Source: Marsupella aquatica (lineage: Eukaryota; Plantae; Marchantiophyta). From it: DNA of 64,000 nucleotides. Below are positions 33,101 through 44,278 of the stretch, piece after piece. The notes beneath the pieces were generated by a model. That model saw only the letters and a list, made by a program, of their open reading frames with translations, had not been told where the DNA came from and made no database searches. Made by a program: the position numbers and the translations under genes. The stretch spans positions 16,584,645 through 16,648,644 of the forward strand of contig OZ316893.1 in the NCBI GenBank assembly GCA_973895155.1, given 5' to 3'. Position 1 is the first letter of the stretch. The number at the start of each line of letters is the position of its first letter.

Positions 33101-33978
33101 GAAAGAATCAGGACAGGATCAGTTAGGATCAGCCGATGTAGGATAGAGTCCATCAACAGACTAGAATTTTGGTCAGTATACTTAGCCATTGCCACCCCGG
33201 TCAGCGCCCCTTGCCACTGACGGTCAACCGGTCAGAAGAAGTGCGGCCGGTTAGTCAGAAGGTAGTTAGTCAGTAGGCATTACCCCAGGAGGTAGTATCT
33301 TCCGGCTCCTTTTTGCAAACATAGTATTTAGGCTTCCCCTTCCGCTGTGGGAGGGGGAGAAGACTTAGTTCACCTTAGCGCTAGAAAAGGTGAGGCACGG
33401 GGAGTCCCGGCCTGAGCAAGGTCAAAGTGCACTAAGGAGTGAGAGCCAGAGTTGAGCTTGTTGGGCAAGCACGGGGCAGGGCCTTGTAGAGACTGGGCAT
33501 TGACTGCCGTTAGGCCTGCTGACCCCTTAGAAGTTGAGTCAACTATGTAAACCGATTCGTCGTTGAGTAAAATGTAGTCTTTTCCCTTTGATTCTATCGC
33601 GAGTAACTGGTGTTGTGTGCATGCTTTGTCTGGGCAAAGGCGCCATTTGAAGTGACGTACCGGGTGCGGACCAATGGTAGGGATTGCCTCGGGTTGCATG
33701 TCACAAGGTTCTAAGTTGCGTCAATGGCTTGAAAGCCCCAAGTAGGGAGTGAGTCCGAGTCACTTACTGTGGGAATACTCAAGTGGTGGAAAACAAATAT
33801 ACCTATATGACCCGTACGAGTTACGTAAGTATTATACTAGCAAGTATATCAACTTAGCCCGGCTTAGGGCTAATCGGGACCACTACACACCTTCTTGCCC
33901 AAACCCTCACCCCTACTGGTGGTCGTGGTTACCCCAGGGAACTAACTTGGCTTTAAGGCCCGGGTTATGGGCGCGACA
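30117..33978 (+). repeat. 5' LTR of element B (~3.86 kb) containing a decayed ORF
   Basis: 30117-30660 and 32943-33862 both match the 3' LTR. The end at ..gcgcgaca 33978 is inferred from the CA dinucleotide and the downstream PBS. Confidence 0.85.
30669..32982 (+). pseudogene. Decayed LTR-embedded ORF of element B (same domain type, Pro-rich linker, coiled coil)
   Basis: Fragments QLEQVAHLQW, EIYEFISNFD, LAQIFCLP, NGYKQGSC, a PPPP stretch, then heptads; many TAG/TAA stops. Boundaries approximate. Confidence 0.6.
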
Positions 33979-33994
33979 TACGGTGACCAGTTTT

Positions 33995-34012
33995 TGGCGC
34001 TAGATGGAGGGG
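33995..34012 (+). promoter_or_regulatory. Primer binding site of element B (tRNA-Asn type)
   Basis: TGGCGCTAGATGGAGGGG, one mismatch to TGGCGCTAGAAGGAGGGG, the complement of the plant tRNA-Asn 3' end. Confidence 0.75.
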
Positions 34013-34091
34013 GCACTCATTTTGCCTTACAAGTGGAGCCGTGTAGTGAGCTATTAACCTTTGATTTTGTCCTTAACGCATAGGAAGGGGC

Positions 34092-35785
34092 ATGCCCCTT
34101 ACCCGCTCGCGATCTGCGTATTTACAACACCCGAACGGAGCATCAAGTTTGGAAGGAAATACTGCATCTGGTGGAGCGGGGAGCTCAGCTTCCCAAACGG
34201 GATCGCTTATTGTGATGGGAACCCAAGCACCAGCTACGGGAGGACCTCCACTGGTTCCGCGAGCCCCGCAGGTACCAGGTGCGTTGCAGCCCCCTGCGGC
34301 TCAGAATGTGTCATAGCGATCTTGGTTCCACTATCAACCCTTCAAGGGACGACCCATGCACGACCCCGATGAATGGCTAGTTGAGTTCGAGGCCACAGCC
34401 AAGGCAAATGGCAAGGAAGCCATTAAGCTAACCATTCTTCCAAACGTGCTACGGGGAGAAGCGCGGCCGTGGTTTAACTTGCAACCCCCCGGCTTCACGT
34501 GGGGCCAGTTCCAGACGGCATTTTTGCAAGAGTTTAGGCCCGTGAGGATCAAATCCCGGGCTTTGTAAAAAATTGGATGGATGCAGATGGGTAAGCATGA
34601 CTCATTTTGCAAATTCCTGCAGCAATTCCAGAAGGTTGCCGCCAAGATTTGGCCTAAGCCCAATGACTCTCTGTTGAGAAAATGGTTTGTCAACGCGCTA
34701 CCCCAAAAGATGGTGTTCTCAGTGCTAGAAAAAAAGACCATGGATTACCCTACAACAGGCAATCAATAGTGCAAAATCCTTTAGGGAATCGCACTACGCC
34801 TCTCAGCTTAATCAGAGGACCAAGCATAAGAAGAGCAGGAGGTATCATACCTTCAGCGATTCCGACTTTGAGTATGACAAAAAGAAAAGGAAGAAAAGAC
34901 GGCGGCATAAGAAGAAGGGGTGGTCAAGCTCTTCGTCAGACTCTGATTCAGAGTCTAGCAATTCCCTATCCAGTAGCCCGACGTTGACTGGCTCATCCTC
35001 CAGCGACATTGAGTCAGATTATCGTAACCGCCAAAGGAAGAAGGGATCACGGTCAGATACGTGTAAACATAAACCGTGATCGAAGGTCGTCACCATAGAC
35101 CCAAAGGCCATGGAGGTAGAGAAGCTGAACGAAATCATAGACCGGCTAAAAGCACTATCCGTGCATTTGGCGGAGAAACCACCAGACAAGAAGAAACCAT
35201 TGGAAACCCGAGCGCATGCTTGGTGCTCCAAGGGTTATCAGTTTGGACACATGGTGCAGGAGTGCCCAAGATGGAACATTCGTGTACACCAGATAGAGTT
35301 GGAGCCCGGACAGTCCGAGCCAGAGGGAAGCACAATGGAGTACTTCTTCAAGGATCCGGCCAAGGCGGTGTTCCAGATGAGTATGACGGGACCTCGCACG
35401 CTAAATGGCCACAGTCTAGGTTTCCATACCCCGTATCCATATCCAGCAAATGGGCGTGGCCCCCAGGTGGTTAGCAATCCAAGTATTCCACCTAGACTTG
35501 GAGTTTGGCGGACCCCGGTTTGCTATAATTGTGAAAAACCTGGTCACTTTGCCCGAGAATGCACGGAGCAACGAAAACAAGGGGATGGGAGAGCAATTCC
35601 GTTATGCCAGGTCTGTCGGACCAAAGCACATTCCATGGCAAACTGCCCCTTGGTGTTAGCCGCAAAGGCCGGAGCCATCCGAGCTACTCTACCTGCGGCC
35701 CCATCGACTACAGATGCGGTAGTACAGATGGGAATGATGGAATGGCAGGACGACGCCATCGAGTGGATCAATCTAATAGAAGTAG
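34092..35785 (+). pseudogene. gag: gag of element B (5' part, frameshifts/stops)
   Basis: DPDEWLVEFEATAKANG, CYNCEKPGHFAREC, CQVCRTKAHSMANC; homologous to gag of A; cut by the CACTA. Confidence 0.9.
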
Positions 35786-38310
35786 CACTAGTAGAAACCG
35801 GGGTAATTTAGACCATACCTTATAGGACTAAGCCCACTAAGTCCTTCTTCCATACTTTAAATGACTTGCACCCATTGCCAAGGTTTTGTTAAAGACTATA
35901 AAAGACTTTGAGTGTTTTCCGGTTTAGTTAAAGACTATGAAAAGTAACCTTGCTACTTTGTGAAGGGTGAACACTCTAGGACATCATGGGTTTTGTTCTT
36001 GGAATCACTCTAAAGGTCCACACAAAGACTAGTTTAATACAAAGTCTTACAAGGGTTCATGATAAGAGTATACTTAAGAAGGACCGGGCGACATGCTACT
36101 TTTGGGTCTAAGTGCTTAAGGACATGCCTTCTATATATCACCAACCTTAACTAACATTGCATCGTAAATATCCATGTAACGGGTACTTTTCATAACTTAG
36201 GGTACAATTGTACTAGAGGACTTAGGGTGGTTTCTAACCGGAATCGGAACTAATGCATCACTATAACCCTAGCTAGGTACAACTCCCACACCATGATATA
36301 TTCCGCATTGCCAACTAGTGTTGTTTTGACAGGGTCATGGGCACTAATTGACACAATGAACAGTCCACAACTTGATTGATTTGAGTGTAAATGATGGTGC
36401 CTTTTGATCCAAGATTAATTCCACAAGGGGGGGGGGAGGGTTAGGGGGGCCCACAACTAATTAAGTGGCCATGACTTTGTCACCAAAGGGATTTATTTAA
36501 AGTTATCCTTAACCCTCTTTAGTTTTGTGTGTTGCCTAACACTCTGGCACAAACGTACTTATTATGCTCAACGGGTCACCTCAACGGAAACGAGCTTACA
36601 TGACTGCTTGCACTAAGTATTGGGTTAGGGTGAGTGTGCTTTGGTCATCAGGTGATTATTGGGTTTTTGTGAAGGGAACTATCGAGTACTTGCGCCCCTG
36701 TGTTCGGGCCCCATTGTGCGACAGAACATTGTGCTTTGCTTCTATGAGTGGAGCATACGAGTAGGGTTTAGGGTTAACATTTTGCGAGGGAAGCTGGGAG
36801 GCGATTGTAGTCAATTGTTGCCATCCACTCCTGCAAGCGCTTTTGACAGTTCTACCTGCATGCCCCTTACAATTGTTTGGACAAAGGAGTTCAGCAAGTG
36901 GTTTGCGCTGGTTTGGGACCTTGACAGTCGTGAGGTGGTAAGGACATTGAGGCATCCCTGAGAAGCGCTTGATGGTAAGGACATTGAGGTGTTGGAGACA
37001 TTGAGGCGTTGCGGACATTGCCTTAGAGGCTCTTGAGGCCAGTGACAGCTTTTGGTGCGAAGGCAAGCGGAGATTTGTCTCCTGCCTGAGAGCTGACAGC
37101 TTCGGATTGAGACAACGTGGGCGCACCAAGATTCAGAGAAGACTGACTGGCTGGGACCGACCGGTCTTGGGAAGTTGCAGCCGTGGAGGGACCGGGAGCG
37201 CTAAGGTACATTGCAGCTACGAGCAGCAATGCACTTGCCATAGTGACATTGAACTGCCCTGAATCACCCTGGTTAGTCCAAACTTCCATTTGCAAGTTAG
37301 TTTTGGTAGTGGCTTTGGTTTTCTAGGCGGAATGAGCTCCGATGCCATGCATTAAGAATGTGGGAAATGCTATTTGTAGCTTGCTACCTCATAGTGCTAA
37401 TTTCAACTTCAGGTTTGCGTGGTTTTGGGCGATAAGCTTGTGGCTCATTCGGACTGAGTGACCTTCCTGCGGGCCCTGCCCTAAGTGTTCACACTTCTCG
37501 CCGTCCCAAACTGCGAAAGGCTTCTCCCCGTTCTGTATCCCTGCTTCAGTAATTGTATTGAGGTCTTTCAATCAGTCTCATAGGGGAGGTCATTGTCTTC
37601 TCTGTAAGTTGTTGCTCCTATCGCACTACCAAGCTTGTTGAAGGGAGCTACTATCGCGAGCTGCTACCATTGCGAGCTACTACCATCGCAAGTTGTTGAG
37701 GAGAGGGCCAGTTGTTTGCGAAAGGATTTCCAGATTGTGTCGGAGGTCCAGATTTCTTGCCTGTGGGTCCCCATGTTTGCAGTTTTTTCCTGGCTTCTTG
37801 CGCAGTGCTCCGACGTAGTACCCATGATGCTAGTCTGAACGGATTCATGAGCTGTGACTGATTTGCTGTTCAAATGATGTCTTCAACTAGAGCTACAATT
37901 AGTGTCTGCGGAGCTGCCAACCAGGTGCAGGTGTGATTGAGGTCAGTTCAACTGTTGGGTTGCCCGAATGTTCCGTTGCCATCATTTGTAACCACGAGCA
38001 ATGGACTTTAGAGGCGGGATTTTCTAGGGATTTCTGCTCAACCCTTTGCTGGCTTTCTACTTTGAGGTCTATTTTGGGGTTCGGGCAAAGGGCGGAGGGC
38101 GAAGATCAAGCATTGCAGTTTTGCTAACGCTGCATGGTGGAAATTGGACCAGCCAACTCCTTGTCTACGGTGTTGTGGAGCTGGGCGAGCTGCGACAAGG
38201 GACCAAGCCAGGCGACCTGTAAATCAAAGCCCATTGACCGCTGCTGAAGGTTTGATGTTCTATATTTGAAGCTCTCGTTTGCTTTCTATTTGTCAGTCTT
38301 TCACAGCTGC

Positions 38311-38447
38311 GCATTAGTGTTGGCCCTATCCTCCGTCCCTCTGCTAGCCTGCTACTGACATTTGGTTAATCATAGTTGTTCACTACTGTGCATTAGTGTT
38401 GGCCCTATCCTTCGTCCCTCTGCTAGCCTGCTACATTTGGTTAATCA
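38311..38447. repeat. Tandem duplication of ~60 bp
   Basis: gcattagtgttggccctatcct(c/t)cgtccctctgctagcctgcta at 38311 and 38390. Confidence 0.85.
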
Positions 38448-39973
38448 AAATGCAATGTCTGTCTGAGTGAGCTGATCATCTCCAATGTAGTATGGGCTTG
38501 GGATTTACATATATGTTTCCTGCTTCCAGCAGATAGGCAATTGCTTCCAAGCTCTTTGGTGCAGACGTCTCTATGGAATGCAATGCCCTATATGCCAGAG
38601 CTTTCATATATTGGCATGTTCACATTTGCTCTTGGAATATATGATCCCGAAAGCTTCATGAGCAGTTTATGTTCAGAATTCTGTTTATGTTATTGTTTCC
38701 GTCAATTGCAGCTTGGATTTTTGAATATATGTCCTGTCATTGATGATAGAGGGTGGTTGAGATTGGTTTTCGTTCTTCTTGGTAGTGGGTCAGTGTGTTG
38801 GCATTTTCCTCATGTCACTCATTCTCATCGGACGAGCTGCGGATTGGTACTGAATAGTCATTTAGCCTATTGCTGCCTCCCACCGCCATTGCCGATTGCC
38901 GCTATCATCGTGTATTGCTTGCTTGCTTGCCACTGCCTTTGTTGGTTGCCACCCTCTTCACACTCTCTCGCATCTATCTTCCGATATGAACGCGCAGCCA
39001 AGCCCACCAAAAGCTCTGTCCCTACAATCCCTCCCAAATCAACTTCCTTGTTTCCTGCTGCTCATGATCACCGCATTGTTCTTCCCTATTTTTGTTTACT
39101 TATTGGTCTCTCCACACTTGTTGCTTCACATGACTATTTTGCTCCTCCCTGGATCCGAACATGCCTTGTGCCCAATGCTCCCACGGTGGAGTGGGGTGGT
39201 GAATAGACGACCTCAACACCATTGCAATCACATTTGGATGGGTTAGTTTTTTGTAGCTTAAACCTGTCGGGATTTTGCGCTTGTGGCGACGCTATCCTTT
39301 CTGCCACTTCATGAGTTTGTTTATGCTGCAGTGGGCGGTCTTGCGCAACTCAATGAGCCAATTTCATTTTCCCTGTGCACTTCTATTTCTCAGAGAATTC
39401 CCTGGTCATGCTCATTTGCCCCAGAGTTAGAAAACAAAGAAGAAGAAGAGCTGACTAATTGTAATTCCAATCCATATCCTGATCGGTCAAGGATTGTGAA
39501 CTACATTGGCCTTGTCATTGGCCGAGGTCACCAAATTTTGCTTGGTTTCATTCCTGTGGAGCACTGTTGTGATGGATGAATAGTTGTCGTAGCATTCTGC
39601 AAACTCTCACGGTTTGCTTATGGCCATTATTTGCAATTTGCTGCTACTAATATGTCTCCGACTGAGCAGCATACACCGGAAGTAAGCAATAGTGGAGGTT
39701 TAACTGCACATCAACACATCCAGTGAACTACCTCTCTGCTGCTCACTAGAGGGTGAGACTTTCACTCTTTCTGGATATTGTAGTTTGTAAGCAAGTTGAT
39801 TAGGAGTGTTTCATGCTATGTTTACATTGTGACCCCTAGCTGGAACCAATGGAATGACACAGTGAGTGGGAACTGATAATTTAAGGTTGGTTGCTGTTGG
39901 TGAGGCAAGTACAGCTCCTGCTCACCTTGCTGATCGAAGGTGCTTATCAGAGGACGTGAACACACGACACTCC

Positions 39974-40777
39974 ACAAAAGCAACACTTATGGTGAGGACC
40001 CGCAATGCTGAACATGTGCGGCTTGCACGCAAGGCAGAGATGTTGCGCCTTGAGTATGTCAGACTTGGGATCCTTCCAGCCCAGTCTGCATGGTACTTTG
40101 AGTACCCAGTTGTTGCCAGGAATAACTACAGCCGCCTTGTACCTGCTTCTCCACCCTTCCCAACATCCTTGGTATTTTTGTCTCTCGTACATGACCCGCC
40201 ACAAATTAGGGCCCAAGGGTGTGTGCACAGTTGCCAGTATGACTGTCCTGCCTGTAGGGCTTCTGGCCTAGAGTTGGATGACCGTTCTCTTGGATGTCGG
40301 TTTTTTCACAGAGCACAATGTATCATCTGGAACCACTCGCCATCCTGCAGTGTGCCTGGCGATGTCACTTGTCCTGCCCTCCCAGACCCCACCACCGGTC
40401 ACTTTGGTGTCTACACATGTTTGGATCACACGCTGTAGAAGACCACTTGTCACACCGCATGCACAGACCAGAGACCATTGACCTATAACTTAACACTTTG
40501 ACTTGAACAGAGAGGATACTTACTTAAGATTTTGAATTATGAGCAATTTTGGGTCCAGGGTTTACGGTCAACAGTACATAACTTATCCTATTATGGCTGC
40601 ACTAAGTACAATATCCTAATTTAAGAGGCTAGCAAGCTCACTTAAAAGTCTCCTTTCAAAGACTGGAATTAATGGGCCATGTGATAACCTGGAAAAAGTG
40701 ATTTATGCCTAACTTATTTGTCTCATTCACTATCATAGCCTATTTAGGATGTATAAATTACAACCCTGATCACACTG
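39974..40777. repeat. Segment homologous to 29267-30116; contains a decayed Cys-rich reading frame
   Basis: Direct alignment with the other copy; the minus-strand frame has one TAG (40268) where the other copy has TGG. Confidence 0.85.
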
Positions 40778-41107
40778 CTTGATACCAATCCTGTTCAAAA
40801 AATGCCTGTTTTACATGTCACGACTGTTATATGTGATTCAAATGCATTAAATCTTGTTGCAGATCTCCTTTGGTGAATCATAGCCACAAAATTGAGGTGT
40901 AGGTGGAGCTATTGTACGAGGGGATCAGTTTTTAGTGTGGGCTCAATAAACCAAAAAGTATGTCTACTCTGCACATGTGTATGAACATTTCATTGCAGTA
41001 GCAATTGCCACTCTAGTCTATATGCTACATTGTACTTTTTGTACACTGCACTAAATTGTATTGTCTGTGCACTCTACTAAATTGTACTATCTGTCTCAAG
41101 CGTAGGC

Positions 41108-41788
41108 ATGGCACGCCCTAAAATCCGAGCCAAGAAGCGGGGGACAGAGGTGAGCAACACAGGTGTAGTTGGGCCAGATGGTAGTAACTTCTCCGCAAGT
41201 CAGATTTTCCAGAAGGCAGCTCATTGTTGTGCCATTTGTGACGATGGTGGTGGCTTAGCCATATGTGAGGGCCCTTGCATGAGGCATTTCCACCTCAACC
41301 CGGAGTCTGACCTTGCTGCAGAAAACAACTGTCCAGGGGTGGGCCTCCCGTCAGCACACCAGGGAGGCTGGATGTGCACTGATTGTTTGGAGAAGCAGGC
41401 TAAGTGTGCACAGTGTGGGAAGTTGGGGTCTTATGAGGGCTCTGTTGATGCTCCACCACTTGTTAGGAAATGCCCTGACAGATATTGTGTGAGGTTCTTT
41501 TGTTTTTCATGTTTGCCCGATCTTGCCACAGCTTGCCCACTTCATAAGTGCAAGGCATGTGGTCAGCACGATGAAGATTTCTGGGTGGACATAGTCCACT
41601 ATGTTAGGTGTCCCACCATGTGGCACTTTCATTGTTTGAAGGAGCGTCAAGCAGAAGGCTATGCTTGTGACAGACACATCTATCATCACTCTGCACATGG
41701 TGTTGATCGATGGATCTTCTATTGTCATCGCCATGCCATAGATCCTACTTTGCACACTCCCATGAGAGATCACATTTCTTGGCTTTGA
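41108..41788 (+). CDS. Stand-alone EDM2-like composite PHD-finger protein (226 aa)
   Basis: CAICDDGGGLAICEGPCMRHFH, CxxC..CAQCGKLGS, CPLHKCKAC, RCPTMWHFHCL and FYCHRHAIDPTLHTPMRDHI parallel the EDM2 PHD block as I recall it (CAICDNGG..CEGSCLRSFH, CPLHKC, IYCQEHEID...TPVRDH). N-terminal basic NLS. Confidence 0.85.
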   Translation: MARPKIRAKKRGTEVSNTGVVGPDGSNFSASQIFQKAAHCCAICDDGGGLAICEGPCMRHFHLNPESDLAAENNCPGVGLPSAHQGGWMCTDCLEKQAKCAQCGKLGSYEGSVDAPPLVRKCPDRYCVRFFCFSCLPDLATACPLHKCKACGQHDEDFWVDIVHYVRCPTMWHFHCLKERQAEGYACDRHIYHHSAHGVDRWIFYCHRHAIDPTLHTPMRDHISWL

Positions 41789-42386
41789 ACCTGAATAATG
41801 TACATGCATAGTGCACCTGATGTGGATACCTTGGAGATTGCAGACATTCCAATTTTGAGAAGAAGGACCTCTGTAGGAGAGGATGCTTAGGCAACAAGTA
41901 CCCTAAGTTCATTACTTGTTCCTGGGTACATGCCTTCAAAAACTCCCCTTAAGCCTTCTAGGAACTTTTTTAACTCTGCAATCATTTTGATCACGACTTA
42001 CATGACACTGCTTAAATTAAATCAGGACTTCTCATTATGAGCATATAAGTTACAAGGCTATTTAATTTGCGAGAATTCCCTTAAAGTGTACCAACATTTT
42101 CTATTCTCATTGAATGTCTGCCCATTTACAACATCTGTATGTGGCATCACAAAACAATTGCACTTGTCACCTTCAATATTGTCAAGGCACATATTCAAAC
42201 TATGAGGTGCATGCTTGCAGGTGTCTAGTACGTTTGTCCCAATATTTCTCCCGTTTGGAATCGGAGCAGAGACTCACCAGACGACTGGACTGGACCAAGT
42301 TATAAACGCAGCATTTTAAGGGCCCTCCGATTATCAGGTGAACGCATTATCTTCCGGTCTGCAGTGATTAGGTGGCCCGTGTGTAC

Positions 42387-43235
42387 ATGGCCTCTAGGAA
42401 ACGTACAAAGGTTGACCACCCGCCTCTGTTGGCTGGAATCAAAGCCATTTTGATTCCTGGCCACTATGGGTTCACCCAAGTGAGTTGGCCAATCGTACAA
42501 AAACGATTCTCAGAGTTCCATGGGACTGAAGTCAAGGACATCACTCCACAGACTACACATGTTGTTGCGGGGACATGGCTGGATGTGATGAACAACTGGT
42601 CATGGTCCTTCATTGATTCTGCCATTACCAACCAAGGTCTAAAAGTAGTTGAAGTCTCTTGGCTGACCGATTCTGTTAAACATAGGTGTGTACAGAGTAC
42701 TGAGCAATATGAGTTGTGGGAGAGTGAGGAGGCCACTGCAGAGGCTTTGGCTGAAAAGGAAGCCTATGAAGCAGCGGCAGAGAAACCCAACTTTGCTTCT
42801 GTCCAATATGGACCTGTTGTCAACATAGGACACCATCCTATGCGTGCAGATGCTATATTGAATGAGCATGGCAAGGAGAGAAATACCATTATGAAGGGGT
42901 TCAGTGTGGTATTTGCAGAAGAAGGAATTGGGGAGACTAAGTGCAGATTGTACAAGTCTATAGTTGTTGAGCTAGGTGGGACAGTGGAGGAGAGTCTAAC
43001 AGAAACCTCCACTCATGTTGTAGGTCTGTCATACATGAAAATATGCAGAAAATTCTTTAAGACAACAGTGCGTGATTTTGTCATGAACAACAATCTTTGG
43101 GTGCTTTCCCCTGATTGGCTTCTGGAATCAGCAGCTAGAGGGAAGCGACAGAATGCTTGGGACTTTGATATTTTTGAGGCCTGGCCCTCCAAGATTCAGC
43201 GGAGATGTATGCTTAGCAAAGGTGGGAGAGAGTGA
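42387..43235 (+). CDS. Tandem BRCT-domain protein (282 aa from first ATG)
   Basis: Two repeats: TTHVVAG..VVEVSWLTDSV and LGGTVEESL..STHVVG..VLSPDWLLES; N-terminal RKRTK NLS. Confidence 0.85.
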   Translation: MASRKRTKVDHPPLLAGIKAILIPGHYGFTQVSWPIVQKRFSEFHGTEVKDITPQTTHVVAGTWLDVMNNWSWSFIDSAITNQGLKVVEVSWLTDSVKHRCVQSTEQYELWESEEATAEALAEKEAYEAAAEKPNFASVQYGPVVNIGHHPMRADAILNEHGKERNTIMKGFSVVFAEEGIGETKCRLYKSIVVELGGTVEESLTETSTHVVGLSYMKICRKFFKTTVRDFVMNNNLWVLSPDWLLESAARGKRQNAWDFDIFEAWPSKIQRRCMLSKGGRE

Positions 43236-43375
43236 GGAGTAGGAGTCCCTCATATTTTTGTATAAATCACAATTTTGTAATAAATGTGATCCTTGAACTA
43301 ACTCATCTTGTCATGGTTGGTCGCAGTTGAAGTGATTGTTGTTTCCTGCTGCGTGGGGTGTGACTGTGAATCTAC

Positions 43376-43945
43376 TTGCTGGGCTCTGTTTGGCTGAAGA
43401 CTTTGGTGGGTATGCTGCCTCTTCCAGACCGTCAGGCCCTATGTAGGGTCCTCCTACGGGTTGCATCGTGCATGGCTACTGCTTGGGCTTACTTGTGTGG
43501 ATTGGTAACCAGACAGAGTGTAGCTCCATCCGAGATAATGCCTGCAGACCTTGGATGTGTTGTGAATGCTGTGGTGAATGAGGATGCACAGTCGGAAGAG
43601 GATATTTACTTTTCAGCAGATGAGTTAGACAAGCACGATGCTGTAGGTGGTTCCTTGTTGCCTGATTTGGCAGATGATATAGTTCTTGCACATGTCTGGC
43701 CGAGGGTTCTTGTGGTGTCTGGCGCACAAGATATCTGCAAATATAGACTAATTAGTACCCAGTGGAGGGACTTGGTAGCAACATGTGCACCATGGAGGGC
43801 ACTGCTGCCACTGCTTGTAGGCACGGATCGAAGACCACCATGGCATGAGCAGGGTTTAGACCTTGATGACTTAATGTACATGCCTGAGTACCTCAGGGCT
43901 GAGTGGCATCGACAACAGGATTGGTATCCGTATTTGATGTGGTAG
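43376..43945 (+). CDS. Small F-box-like protein (start codon uncertain)
   Basis: SLLPDLADDIVLAHVWPRV..CKYRLISTQWRDLV resembles the plant F-box consensus LxPxLPDD..RxVSxxWRxL; no kelch or LRR domain follows. Confidence 0.6.
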   Translation: MLGSVWLKTLVGMLPLPDRQALCRVLLRVASCMATAWAYLCGLVTRQSVAPSEIMPADLGCVVNAVVNEDAQSEEDIYFSADELDKHDAVGGSLLPDLADDIVLAHVWPRVLVVSGAQDICKYRLISTQWRDLVATCAPWRALLPLLVGTDRRPPWHEQGLDLDDLMYMPEYLRAEWHRQQDWYPYLMW

Positions 43946-44278
43946 TAAGATGAGGACATCTCACACCGGTCTCGCACCTGGCACCTGTGTCTATGACTAT
44001 ACATGATTGGACTCTGATATGGTCATGGATGTACGTGCAGAGGCAGTACATGTGAGGACAGCGGAGGAGTTGACACCCTCAAACATTTAGGAATTTTGTC
44101 TCATTCACTTGAGAATAGGTACATGACTCAGGCACCTATATTTTTTGTTTTTTTGTTTTTTTGGAACGTTACGTATTTTGGCAAGTACAGTCGGGGGTGA
44201 AATCCTTAACAGGAAGTGTATTTTTCACTTGCATAATAAAATGACAGGGTGCTGAGTGCTGAGTGCGTGTGTATAGTG

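Noticed and set aside
38541-39246. 221-aa and 116-aa ORFs in the CACTA 5' region as genes
   Set aside because: Non-ATG starts, no recognisable motifs, and composition typical of non-coding sequence.
22924-41788. Linking the MTase-like gene and the EDM2-like PHD as halves of one split EDM2 gene
   Set aside because: They are 17 kb apart, in different mobile elements and in the wrong order, and the MTase motifs look like beta-class DNA MTase.
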